Source: Candidatus Firestoneibacteriota bacterium
GTDB taxonomy: Bacteria > Oederibacteriota > D2-FULL-39-29 > JBDRBU01
Length of the DNA: 33,237 nt
Assembly: GCA_043822305.1 (NCBI GenBank)
Contig: JBDRBU010000012.1
Location: 1-33,237 of the forward strand
Direction of reading: 5' to 3'
In this document: positions 8,600 to 16,796 of the stretch, piece by piece
Layout of the letters: every line of letters begins with the position of its first letter
Position numbering within the stretch: the first letter of the stretch is position 1
The notes under the pieces: generated by a model
Told to the model about the DNA's origin: nothing
Databases searched by the model: none
Seen by the model: only the letters and a program-made list of their open reading frames with translations
Position numbers and translations under genes: made by a program

Positions 8600-10550
8600 A
8601 GAAGATGAAGAGTTATTAGAGTATAGAAATTTATTAACAACACCAACTACATTTGAGGAAGGATTTACACTAAAAACAATTCTGGGTGTTTTATTTGTAA
8701 GTTTAATCATGGCTCCCGGCTCAATGTATTTAAGTCTGGTCACAGGTGGAACATTAGGACCAGCCGCAGAATGGGTTACAATCATAATATTTGCAGAAAT
8801 AGCTAAAAGGTCTTATACGACTTTAAAAAAACAGGAAATATATTTATTGTATTATGTGGCCCTGGCCTTAATTGTTGGTGGGTCTGGAACATTTGGGGGT
8901 TTGATCTGGAATCAATATTTAGTTCAGTCTCCGGCTGCTATTGGCTTTGGTGTCGCCGATAAGATTCCTCACTGGGTTGCTCCATCGGCTACTTCAGAAG
9001 CAATATTAAAAAGGACTTTTTTCCATAAAGATTGGATACCGGCCATTGCACTTCTTATGGGTGGAATGATTCTTTCAAGAATTGGTTGGTTTACTTTTGG
9101 ATATACTTTATTTAGGGTAACCTCGGATGTTGAAAAATTACCTTTTCCATTGGCTCCATTAGCCGTTCAGGGTGCAACCGCACTTGCTGAAACAACTGAA
9201 AAGAAAGAAACCTGGCGATGGCAGGTTTTTAGTATTGGGGCTATGATCGGAATAATATTTGGTGTCGTCTATGTTGGGATTCCTACTATAACCAATGCAT
9301 TATTTAACCAAACATTGTCTCTTTTACCCATACCATTTTTAGATTTAACGAAGGTTACTGAAACCTTCTTGCCGGCAACTCCCACAGGTATTACATTGAA
9401 CATTGGAGTAATTTTAACAGGTTTTGTTTTGCCATTTTGGTTAGTTGTTGGAGCATTTATTGGGACTATGACTTATACTTTAGCAAATCCTATACTATAT
9501 AAGGTGGGACTCCTTGAGAATTGGAGACCCGGAATGGATATTATTGCCACGGTATTTTCTAATGGTATAGATTTCTGGTTAAGTTTTGATATCGGTTTAA
9601 CATTTGCTGTGGCTGTTATTGGAATTTATCAGGTAGTTAAAACTTTAAAAAAAGCCAGAAAAGGAATTCCTACCCAGTCTAAAGAACCATCTGAGTTACC
9701 TCAGGGAAGAGGAGATTTTCCTATACCTATAGCCATAACATTATTTATAGTGGTCGTTATCTGTTATATAGTTCTTTGTAAATTTTTAGTTCCCGGATTT
9801 CCAATATACTTCTTTTTATTCTTTGGATTTATATTTACCCCGCTTAATTCATATATTAATGCCCGTATGGTCGGACTCTCTGGACAGTGGGCTGGAATAC
9901 CCATGGTCAGAGAAGCAACATTTATATTAAGTGGCTATAAGGGAGCAGATATATGGTTTGCACCTGTCCCTATAGATAATTATGGTGGATATGCTCAAAA
10001 GTTTAGAGAAATCGAATTAACAGGAACAAAAATCACCAGTATAGTTAAAGCAGAACTCTTTATGGTCCCGATAATATTTATTACAAGTATAATGTTCTGG
10101 CAGTTTATATGGCAGTTAGGTCCTATTCCATCTCCAGCGTATCCATATGCTCAAAAGATGTGGCAATTAGATGCTCTAAATCAATGTCTCTGGATAAGTT
10201 CAACAGTAACTGGACACACATGGTTACTTGATGCCATAAAACCTCTTCTTATGTTCGTAGGTTTTTCGCTGGGAATAGTTATATTTATTGTATTTAATTT
10301 ATTAGGGTTTCCTGTGCTTCTATTTTATGGAATTATAAGAGGCTTTGGATCGTTGCCTCCATTTTTAATCCCGGAGATTCTGGGAGCATTATTAGGCAGA
10401 CTTTATTTAGCCAAGAGATTTGGAAAAGAGACCTGGAGACAGTATGCTCCAGTGATAGCCGTAGGATATGCGTGTGGCATAGGTCTTATTGGTATGGTCT
10501 GTGTGTCTATTGCTTTAATTTCTAAAGCAATAAGTCCATTACCATTTTAA
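8583..10550 (+). CDS. OPT (oligopeptide transporter)-like polytopic membrane protein
   Basis: 655 aa, many TM helices; GFTLKTILG start of TM1; DVEKLPFPLAPLAVQGATALA resembles the OPT-family LxFP motif; overlaps the upstream gene by 17 nt. Confidence 0.7.
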   Translation: MKANHKEDEELLEYRNLLTTPTTFEEGFTLKTILGVLFVSLIMAPGSMYLSLVTGGTLGPAAEWVTIIIFAEIAKRSYTTLKKQEIYLLYYVALALIVGGSGTFGGLIWNQYLVQSPAAIGFGVADKIPHWVAPSATSEAILKRTFFHKDWIPAIALLMGGMILSRIGWFTFGYTLFRVTSDVEKLPFPLAPLAVQGATALAETTEKKETWRWQVFSIGAMIGIIFGVVYVGIPTITNALFNQTLSLLPIPFLDLTKVTETFLPATPTGITLNIGVILTGFVLPFWLVVGAFIGTMTYTLANPILYKVGLLENWRPGMDIIATVFSNGIDFWLSFDIGLTFAVAVIGIYQVVKTLKKARKGIPTQSKEPSELPQGRGDFPIPIAITLFIVVVICYIVLCKFLVPGFPIYFFLFFGFIFTPLNSYINARMVGLSGQWAGIPMVREATFILSGYKGADIWFAPVPIDNYGGYAQKFREIELTGTKITSIVKAELFMVPIIFITSIMFWQFIWQLGPIPSPAYPYAQKMWQLDALNQCLWISSTVTGHTWLLDAIKPLLMFVGFSLGIVIFIVFNLLGFPVLLFYGIIRGFGSLPPFLIPEILGALLGRLYLAKRFGKETWRQYAPVIAVGYACGIGLIGMVCVSIALISKAISPLPF

Positions 10551-10612
10551 AAAGGTCTAATTGCTTCGCAATTAACCATGACCAATATTATTTTTTACAC
10601 TAAGGAAAGTCA

Positions 10613-11458
10613 ATGAAACAATTTGCCTGGAGGGAAATTAGTTTAAATATCCCTGATGATTGGGAGCCACTGGCGATAGGTGGTCATGACAAGAATGGAT
10701 ATGTAAGTCTGGGTGCTGGTTTAAAAATTGGTTTAGAATTGAAATGGAACTATTCGAAATTTAATGTTTCTGTAGGTAAGATTTTGAATAAGTTTCTGCA
10801 TTCTATAGAAAAGAAGGCAAAACAAAAGAAAGAAATTTTTAAATTTTCCAAAGACATAGATTTAAAGAGTAAATTATTATCTTTTGAATGGAAAACAAAC
10901 AATGTAGTTGCCACAGGGATTATCTGGCATTGTGATCTATGTAAGAGAGTTGTTTTATGCCAGTTATTAAACCAGGATTCGAATTTAACAAAAGAAATAT
11001 TAAGTAGTTTGAAATGTCATGATAATGAAAAAAGATTTTGGTCTATTTATAATCTGTCGTTTAGTTTGCCTATTTTATGGAAATTAGAAAGTTATATTTT
11101 TAAAAGTGGATATTTGAAATTTGTATTTGTTAACGGTCTTAAGGTTATAAAAATAGAAAGATGGGGGTTAGCCAACAATCTATTAGCGGATATTTCTTTG
11201 GAAAAATGGTTAAGTATCTTCTATAAGGAAAGATTTAAAGAAAATGTTTCTGTAAGCAAGATCAATCTACAAAATCATGATGGTTTGAAGGTGATTTTTA
11301 CCAATAAGAGGAAATTGTTTAACCTTAAAAAGGTCATTATGTTATGCTTTGTTTGGCTTTGTCCCGAATCTAATAGAATCTTTGTAGTGAGTGAAAGCTC
11401 AAATATCAATAATGATGAAGAGTTATTAAATATTATAAAATCAATAAAATGTCATTAA
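10613..11458 (+). CDS. Uncharacterised soluble protein made of two homologous halves, each ending in KCH
   Basis: 281-aa ORF with SD (TAAGGA); halves start FAWREISLNIPDDW / FWSIYNLSFSLPILW and end ILSSLKCH / IIKSIKCH; no signal peptide. Confidence 0.8.
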   Translation: MKQFAWREISLNIPDDWEPLAIGGHDKNGYVSLGAGLKIGLELKWNYSKFNVSVGKILNKFLHSIEKKAKQKKEIFKFSKDIDLKSKLLSFEWKTNNVVATGIIWHCDLCKRVVLCQLLNQDSNLTKEILSSLKCHDNEKRFWSIYNLSFSLPILWKLESYIFKSGYLKFVFVNGLKVIKIERWGLANNLLADISLEKWLSIFYKERFKENVSVSKINLQNHDGLKVIFTNKRKLFNLKKVIMLCFVWLCPESNRIFVVSESSNINNDEELLNIIKSIKCH

Positions 11459-11808
11459 AAAATAAAGAAGGAATATTAAACAGTAAGCCATTAAGGAATC
11501 CAACACTTAAAGTTAGTGAAAAAAACGGGGAAGTTTTTATAACTTTAGAACGAAAACAAGGTGGGTGGGTTAATATTTTATCAAAGATATTTTTCATGCC
11601 CAAGGAAAAGACAGTTGTGCTTGATAAAATTGGTTCTGAGATTTGGAATCTATGCGATGGAAGAAGAAGAGTTTGCGATATAGTAAATTATATTGTTGAA
11701 AATCATAAACTTTCCAATATCGAAGCAGAAACTTCTTTATTGGAATACTTAAAGCAACTCGTTAAAAGAGGCATAATCGGATTAGAAATTTCCAAGAAAT
11801 ATTTATAA
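11449..11808 (+). CDS. PqqD-family (RiPP recognition element-like) protein
   Basis: LDKIGSEIWNLCDGRRRVCDIVNYIVENH...LLEYLKQLVKRGII is the PqqD winged-helix pattern; overlaps the upstream gene by 10 nt. Confidence 0.85.
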   Translation: MSLKNKEGILNSKPLRNPTLKVSEKNGEVFITLERKQGGWVNILSKIFFMPKEKTVVLDKIGSEIWNLCDGRRRVCDIVNYIVENHKLSNIEAETSLLEYLKQLVKRGIIGLEISKKYL

Positions 11809-11822
11809 ATATGAGGTGAATT

Positions 11823-12428
11823 ATGGAACAAGAAAAGATTGGTAAACAAATCACTTTGCCGTTATCAGATGCAGTTAAGATTAGTTTTAACAGTTTAAAG
11901 ATTAGATTTGGCCGGTCCATTATAACTATGGGCGGTATATTCCTTGGGATTGCTTTTTTAATCAGTGTCCTGGCTGGTTCTGCTATTTCGTCTTCATTAG
12001 CCATTGAGTCTGATCCGGATATGAAAGTAAAGCAAACATGGTTAGTTATACTATCATTATTAGTTTGCGTCTTAGGTATTACAAACTCTATGCTCATGTC
12101 TGTGAGTGAAAGGTACAAAGAGATAGGCACGATGAAATGTTTGGGAGCATTAGATAAATTTGTTGTTGAATTATTTATTCTGGAGGCAGCATTTCAAGGT
12201 ATAGTCGGTTCAATAGGTGGCTCCTTATTTGGCGTACTTAGTATAAGTATTCTTTATTTAATTAAGAATGGATGGAAAGTTATAATTTGTTATCCATTAA
12301 TCAAAATAATTATTTATATTCTGATTTCAATAATATTAGGCATAGTCCTTTCTGTCATAGGTTGTATTTATCCTGCTTATAAAGCAGCAAAAATGGTGCC
12401 AGCAGATGCTATGCGAACGGAGGTATAA
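11823..12428 (+). CDS. Minimal FtsX/MacB-type ABC permease (4 TM, almost no extracytoplasmic domain)
   Basis: AVKISFNSLKIRFGRSIIT; NSMLMSVSERYKEIGTMKCLGA; YPAYKAAKMVPADAMR; SD GAGGTG. Confidence 0.9.
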   Translation: MEQEKIGKQITLPLSDAVKISFNSLKIRFGRSIITMGGIFLGIAFLISVLAGSAISSSLAIESDPDMKVKQTWLVILSLLVCVLGITNSMLMSVSERYKEIGTMKCLGALDKFVVELFILEAAFQGIVGSIGGSLFGVLSISILYLIKNGWKVIICYPLIKIIIYILISIILGIVLSVIGCIYPAYKAAKMVPADAMRTEV

Positions 12429-12433
12429 AAAAA

Positions 12434-13171
12434 ATGGTTTATGAAAGTATTGTTAGAGTAAAAGATGTAAAAAAAGTTTTTATTATGGGGAAGATAGAGG
12501 TTCAAGCTTTAACCGGTATTACTCTTCAGATACAAAAAGGAGAGTATGTCTCAATTATGGGACCATCTGGAAGTGGAAAATCTACTTTATTTAATATGAT
12601 CGGCGGTTTAGATAAACCTACAGATGGGAAAGTTTATATTGATGAGGTAGATGTAGCCCAACTTGATGCGTATGAGTTAGCCTGGCTTAGATGTAGAAAA
12701 ATTGGTTATATATTTCAAACATTCAATTTAATACCTGTCATGACCGCGGCAGAAAATATTATGCTTCCAATGGTTTTTGCAGGTTTGTCGCACGATGAAG
12801 CACTGGCAAAAAGTTCTGAACTTCTAACTATTGTTGGGTTAGAAGGTAGAATGGGTCATAAACCATCAGAACTTTCAGGAGGACAACAGCAAAGAGTAGC
12901 CATTGCCAGAGCATTAGCCAATGATCCGGCTATTGTTTTAGCTGATGAACCAACTGGTAATCTGGACTTAAAAACAGGAAAAGAAATCATTATGCTTTTG
13001 AAGAGATTGAATAAAGAAAAAGGAGTTACGGTTATAAGTGCTACGCATGATTTAAAAATGCTTGATATAAGTGATAGAATCTTTTGGATTAGGGATGGTC
13101 AGGTTGAAAAAGTAGAACAACGCTCAGAAGTAAAATTAGAAGTAGGAAAAGTAGAAGGAGAGGGGGTGTAA
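12434..13171 (+). CDS. ABC transporter ATP-binding protein, LolD/MacB/FtsE type
   Basis: Walker A GPSGSGKS, GYIFQTFNLI, signature LSGGQQQRVAIARAL, Walker B VLADEPTGNLD, H-loop ATHD. Confidence 0.95.
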   Translation: MVYESIVRVKDVKKVFIMGKIEVQALTGITLQIQKGEYVSIMGPSGSGKSTLFNMIGGLDKPTDGKVYIDEVDVAQLDAYELAWLRCRKIGYIFQTFNLIPVMTAAENIMLPMVFAGLSHDEALAKSSELLTIVGLEGRMGHKPSELSGGQQQRVAIARALANDPAIVLADEPTGNLDLKTGKEIIMLLKRLNKEKGVTVISATHDLKMLDISDRIFWIRDGQVEKVEQRSEVKLEVGKVEGEGV

Positions 13172-13172
13172 A

Positions 13173-13601
13173 ATGGTTGAAGGATTTAATGGAATAGAAC
13201 ATAGACGTTATATTAGGTTAAATAAAGAAGTTCCTTTAAAATTTAAAGTATTATCAGATGATAAAGCAAATATACTAACAAACTGGATTGAAGCAAAAAC
13301 ACAAAATATAAGTCTGGGGGGAATGTGTATAAATGTGATTGATTTAAGTGACGAAATTAAAAGCATGCTGTTAAGTGGGAAGCATTTTGTAGAAATAGAA
13401 ATGGATTTAACAACAGATGGCAAAGTTAAAATAAATGCACAATCTACTTATATAAAGGTGATAGGCCGGGTTAAATGGGACCATAATTCGGAAATATATG
13501 AAATGGGAATTCAATTTTTAGACACTCCTCTTGAGGTTATGGATAAGATAAAAGAATTTATAACACAAAAATATTTGGATAAATATAAAGGGGAAAAGTA
13601 A
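13173..13601 (+). CDS. PilZ-domain c-di-GMP receptor
   Basis: RxxxR (RRYIR) and D/NxSxxG (NISLGG) motifs, C-terminal GIQF; starts 1 nt after the ATPase stop. Confidence 0.88.
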   Translation: MVEGFNGIEHRRYIRLNKEVPLKFKVLSDDKANILTNWIEAKTQNISLGGMCINVIDLSDEIKSMLLSGKHFVEIEMDLTTDGKVKINAQSTYIKVIGRVKWDHNSEIYEMGIQFLDTPLEVMDKIKEFITQKYLDKYKGEK

Positions 13602-13628
13602 ACCCCGCATCAGATATTGGTGCGTGGG
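13599..13628. repeat. Palindromic element family B between convergent genes (possible bidirectional terminator)
   Basis: TAAACCCCGCATCAGATATTGGTGCGTGGG; a related copy on the opposite strand at 31885-31911. Confidence 0.65.
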
Positions 13629-13631
13629 TAA

Positions 13632-14768
13632 TTAATAAGAGACTACCTTGTTCCTGCCGCTTTCTTTACCACGATAAAGAGATTTATCAGCATATTCTAT
13701 CAAATCTTTATATTCATCAGGACCATCTGTTGGAAAGTTTGATACGCCTATAGTTATTGTAACTTTTTGTGTAGGTTTTCCATCTTCATTTAAAAAAACA
13801 GTTTCTTCTGTTTTTTTTCTTACTCTTTCTGCAAATCTAAAAGCATTCTCTTTAGGAGTTTCTGTTAAGATTATAGTGAATTCTTCACCACCATATCTAC
13901 AAACAAAATCTGTTGGTCGGCTATCATCCTTTAAAATTTTGGCTATATTTTTTAAAACAATATTACCCGTTTGATGTCCATATGTGTCGTTAAAATCTTT
14001 AAAATGGTCAATATCAGCCATAAATAAAGAAAGTTCATGGTTATATCTTGTTGCCCTTAAAAATTCCTCTTGTAATTTTCCCTGAAAATATCTGAAGTTA
14101 TATAAACCGGTTAATTCATCTGTTACAGAGAGTTCTCTTGTTTTCTCAAGTAAATAAGCATTGTCAATGATTATAGATGCCTCTGATGAGAATATGGTTA
14201 ATAACCTTAATTCCTTACCGGTGAAATTATAATTTAATTTTGAAAATGCACCTATAAGACCTGATATTTTATGATGCGATTTCAAAGGAGCAATGTTCAT
14301 GGAAATTATCCCTTGACTATATAATAGTTGATAATTTGTATATTCAGTATGAGATGGAGAGAGGTTGTTGATTAATATTGAATGACCTTTGGAAATTTTC
14401 TCATAAATGTAATTATCCAACCTTAAATGTTCAATACCTTTGCATATATAAAAAGGAGTAGAATCTTTCTTTTCCGAAAAAAGTTCTATATAACTAATTT
14501 CTGTTTTTAATATTTCCTTAACAGTATCCACTATGCGATTAAGGATATTATTCAAATCAGGTTCTTTATTAAATTCTGAGGCAACATCATTTATAGTTTC
14601 AAGAATTTTAGCATCTTGTGTGAGGTCCTCACTTTGAAAAAGCAGTCTTTGATACTTGTTATGTAGATCTCTTAATTCTCTTTTTTTTAGGTGAACCCTA
14701 AAATGCATAATGATACTGCATAAGGTTGTAATAAATAATGCCATGTAAAGGATATCTTCTGTATTCAT
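13632..14768 (-). CDS. Membrane-anchored GAF-GGDEF diguanylate cyclase
   Basis: N-terminal TM, GAF, TDELTGLYN, DIDHFKDFNDTYGH, intact GGEEF and I-site RPTD. ATG at 14768 is preferred over the GTG at 14795, which falls inside the promoter. Confidence 0.92.
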   Translation of the reverse strand: MNTEDILYMALFITTLCSIIMHFRVHLKKRELRDLHNKYQRLLFQSEDLTQDAKILETINDVASEFNKEPDLNNILNRIVDTVKEILKTEISYIELFSEKKDSTPFYICKGIEHLRLDNYIYEKISKGHSILINNLSPSHTEYTNYQLLYSQGIISMNIAPLKSHHKISGLIGAFSKLNYNFTGKELRLLTIFSSEASIIIDNAYLLEKTRELSVTDELTGLYNFRYFQGKLQEEFLRATRYNHELSLFMADIDHFKDFNDTYGHQTGNIVLKNIAKILKDDSRPTDFVCRYGGEEFTIILTETPKENAFRFAERVRKKTEETVFLNEDGKPTQKVTITIGVSNFPTDGPDEYKDLIEYADKSLYRGKESGRNKVVSY

Positions 14769-14775
14769 GATTTTA

Positions 14776-14804
14776 AGTATACTACATAATAACACCTAAG
14801 TCAA
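14776..14804 (-). promoter_or_regulatory. Sigma70-type promoter for the diguanylate cyclase, probably giving a leaderless mRNA
   Basis: Minus strand TTGACT-17 bp-TATACT, followed by only 7 nt (TAAAATC) before ATG. Confidence 0.7.
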
Positions 14805-14837
14805 GCAGTAAAAAGGGGGTCAGAGTCGTTTTTGCTA

Positions 14838-14867
14838 TTGACAATAATATGGTTTATGTTTTATAAT
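14838..14867 (+). promoter_or_regulatory. Consensus sigma70 promoter for the lolA operon
   Basis: TTGACA (14838-14843)-18 bp-TATAAT (14862-14867), 13 nt upstream of the ATG. Confidence 0.8.
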
Positions 14868-14880
14868 GATGTAGCTATAT

Positions 14881-15552
14881 ATGACAAAACAGACAAAATC
14901 TTTAAAATGGCTAATATATTATTTATTTTTTATTTCTTCATCATATGCACTTAATGTAGATGAAGTTATTAATAATTTAACAGAATCGATGAAGAATAAA
15001 ATGAATTCCTTCGAGGCAGATGTTGAGCAGGTTATTTGTATTTCGGATATGGAGGACCCCCAAAAGATGAAAGGTAATATAACTTTTAAAAAGCCGGGTA
15101 TGATGTGCCTTGATTATACTGAGCCTAATAAACAATTTGTGATTTCAGACGGTAAAACTATATGGATTTATTTTCCGGCCATGAGACAGGTTATTGTGCA
15201 GGATATATCTGAAGTTAAAAATAAAGAATATTTTTTATTCCAGTTTGATTTATTTATTGATAGTATAAAAAGTAGATTTGAAACAAAACTCTTAAAAGAA
15301 GAGAAGATGGAAAATAAAGAAACTGTCTTAGTTGAATTCATCCCCAGAGATGAGCATTCGGAATTTTCAAAGATAAGTGGGTTATTTGACAAAGAAAAAT
15401 GGTTACCAATACATCTTTCAGTGTATTATAATGAATTAAGTAATATAAGTATAACTTTTAAAAATTTTAAATTAAATTCTGAAGTTAAAACTGATATATT
15501 TGATTTTAAAATTCCTGAAGGAGTAGAAGTTATATCTTCATTATTAAAGTAA
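14881..15552 (+). CDS. lolA: Outer-membrane lipoprotein carrier protein, LolA family
   Basis: Signal peptide ending SSYA; GNITFKKPGMMCLDYTEPNKQFVISDGKTIWIY; C-terminal FDFKIPEGVEVI. Confidence 0.8.
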   Translation: MTKQTKSLKWLIYYLFFISSSYALNVDEVINNLTESMKNKMNSFEADVEQVICISDMEDPQKMKGNITFKKPGMMCLDYTEPNKQFVISDGKTIWIYFPAMRQVIVQDISEVKNKEYFLFQFDLFIDSIKSRFETKLLKEEKMENKETVLVEFIPRDEHSEFSKISGLFDKEKWLPIHLSVYYNELSNISITFKNFKLNSEVKTDIFDFKIPEGVEVISSLLK

Positions 15553-15564
15553 GTAAGGAGAGTC

Positions 15565-16272
15565 ATGGAAGAAATGGGAATAGGAAATAGATTAAAAGAA
15601 GAAAGAGAAATAAAGGGATTAACATATGAAAAAATTTCAGAAGATTTAAAAATTCAACCTAAGTTTCTTGAAGCATTAGAGAAGGAAGATTTTGAGCAAT
15701 TTCCGGGTGAAACTTATTTAAAAGCCTTTTTAAGAACATATTCTGACTATCTGGGATTAAAACCTGTTGAGATCTTAAGTCTTTATAAAAGTTCTAAAAC
15801 AAACAAGGTTAATTTGGATTATATGATATCTCACAGTGTCATAAAGTTGCAAAAGAAAAAAATAAAAATTACAGAAAAAACAAAGATAGTAGCTTTATTG
15901 ATATTGACAGTTATATTTTTAATATGTTTGATTTTAGGGATAAAAAGTTGTGCTCATCTATCAAAGAAAACACATATTAATACATCAAATATATCGGGTA
16001 ATTTTTCGCCTTTAGTTCTAATAGTTGAAACCACAGAAGATGTTTATTTCGAGATGGCCAAGGATAATGAGCCAACTCAAATTTTATCACTTAAAGGTGG
16101 AGAGAGGAAAGAATGGGAAGCTAATGATGAGTTTAATTTAGTTATAGGTAATAAATCTGGTGTAAAAATTACTTATAATGGTCAGCCATTAGACCTTTCC
16201 AAGTATAAATCTAAAAATAAGGTTATTAAAAATTTAATTTTGCGGAGAGAAGGAGTTAAATATGTCCAATGA
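15565..16272 (+). CDS. rodZ: RodZ-like protein (HTH, TM, DUF4115-type periplasmic domain)
   Basis: IGNRLKEEREIKGLT...LEALEKEDF...YLKAFLRTYSDYLGL; single TM; LVIGNKSGVKITYNG. Confidence 0.85.
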   Translation: MEEMGIGNRLKEEREIKGLTYEKISEDLKIQPKFLEALEKEDFEQFPGETYLKAFLRTYSDYLGLKPVEILSLYKSSKTNKVNLDYMISHSVIKLQKKKIKITEKTKIVALLILTVIFLICLILGIKSCAHLSKKTHINTSNISGNFSPLVLIVETTEDVYFEMAKDNEPTQILSLKGGERKEWEANDEFNLVIGNKSGVKITYNGQPLDLSKYKSKNKVIKNLILRREGVKYVQ

Positions 16273-16759
16273 CTATTCATTTGATATTGTTTCAAAAGTA
16301 AATATGCAAGAAGTAGATAATGCTGTTAATCAGGCCATGAAAGAAATCCTTAATAGATTTGATTTTAAGGGAACTAAATCACAAATAATTTTTAATAAAG
16401 AGTTAAAAGATTTGACTATAATTTCAGATGATGAGTATAAGCTAAAAAGCGTTATAGATGTTCTTGAGTCAAAATTAATTAAGCGAGGAGTTCCTATCAA
16501 ATCACTGGATTTTGGTAAGATAGAACCTGCTGGTGGCTCTTTAGTTAGACAAATAATCAAGACTAAGGAAGGAATTGAACAAAGCAAGGCAAAAGAAATT
16601 GTAAAAACAATAAAAGAAACAGGTATAAAAGTTTCTGCTCAAATTATGGATGATCTGGTTAGAGTAACCAGTAGAAATAAGGACGATTTACAATTGGTTA
16701 TGAAAATGTTACAAGGAAAGAACTTAAATATACCGTTGCAGTTTACTAATTATAGATAA
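16262..16759 (+). CDS. yajQ: YajQ-family nucleotide/c-di-GMP-binding protein
   Basis: SFDIVSKVNMQEVDNAVNQA...RFDFKG...VRVTSRNKDDLQ...PLQFTNYR. Confidence 0.95.
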   Translation: MSNDYSFDIVSKVNMQEVDNAVNQAMKEILNRFDFKGTKSQIIFNKELKDLTIISDDEYKLKSVIDVLESKLIKRGVPIKSLDFGKIEPAGGSLVRQIIKTKEGIEQSKAKEIVKTIKETGIKVSAQIMDDLVRVTSRNKDDLQLVMKMLQGKNLNIPLQFTNYR

Positions 16760-16796
16760 AACTGGATGAAATGTGTCGCAATGACAATAAAATTAT

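Noticed and set aside
10613..13171. RiPP or PQQ biosynthetic cluster suggested by PqqD plus an ABC transporter
   Set aside because: No radical SAM, YcaO, lasso cyclase, PqqB/C/E or precursor peptide is visible.
14769..14795. GTG start for the diguanylate cyclase
   Set aside because: It lies within the spacer of the predicted promoter; ATG 14768 fits better.
11823..15552. Calling the FtsX permeases and ATPase lolCDE because lolA is nearby
   Set aside because: The permease architectures do not match LolC/E, and lolA has its own promoter beyond an oppositely oriented gene.
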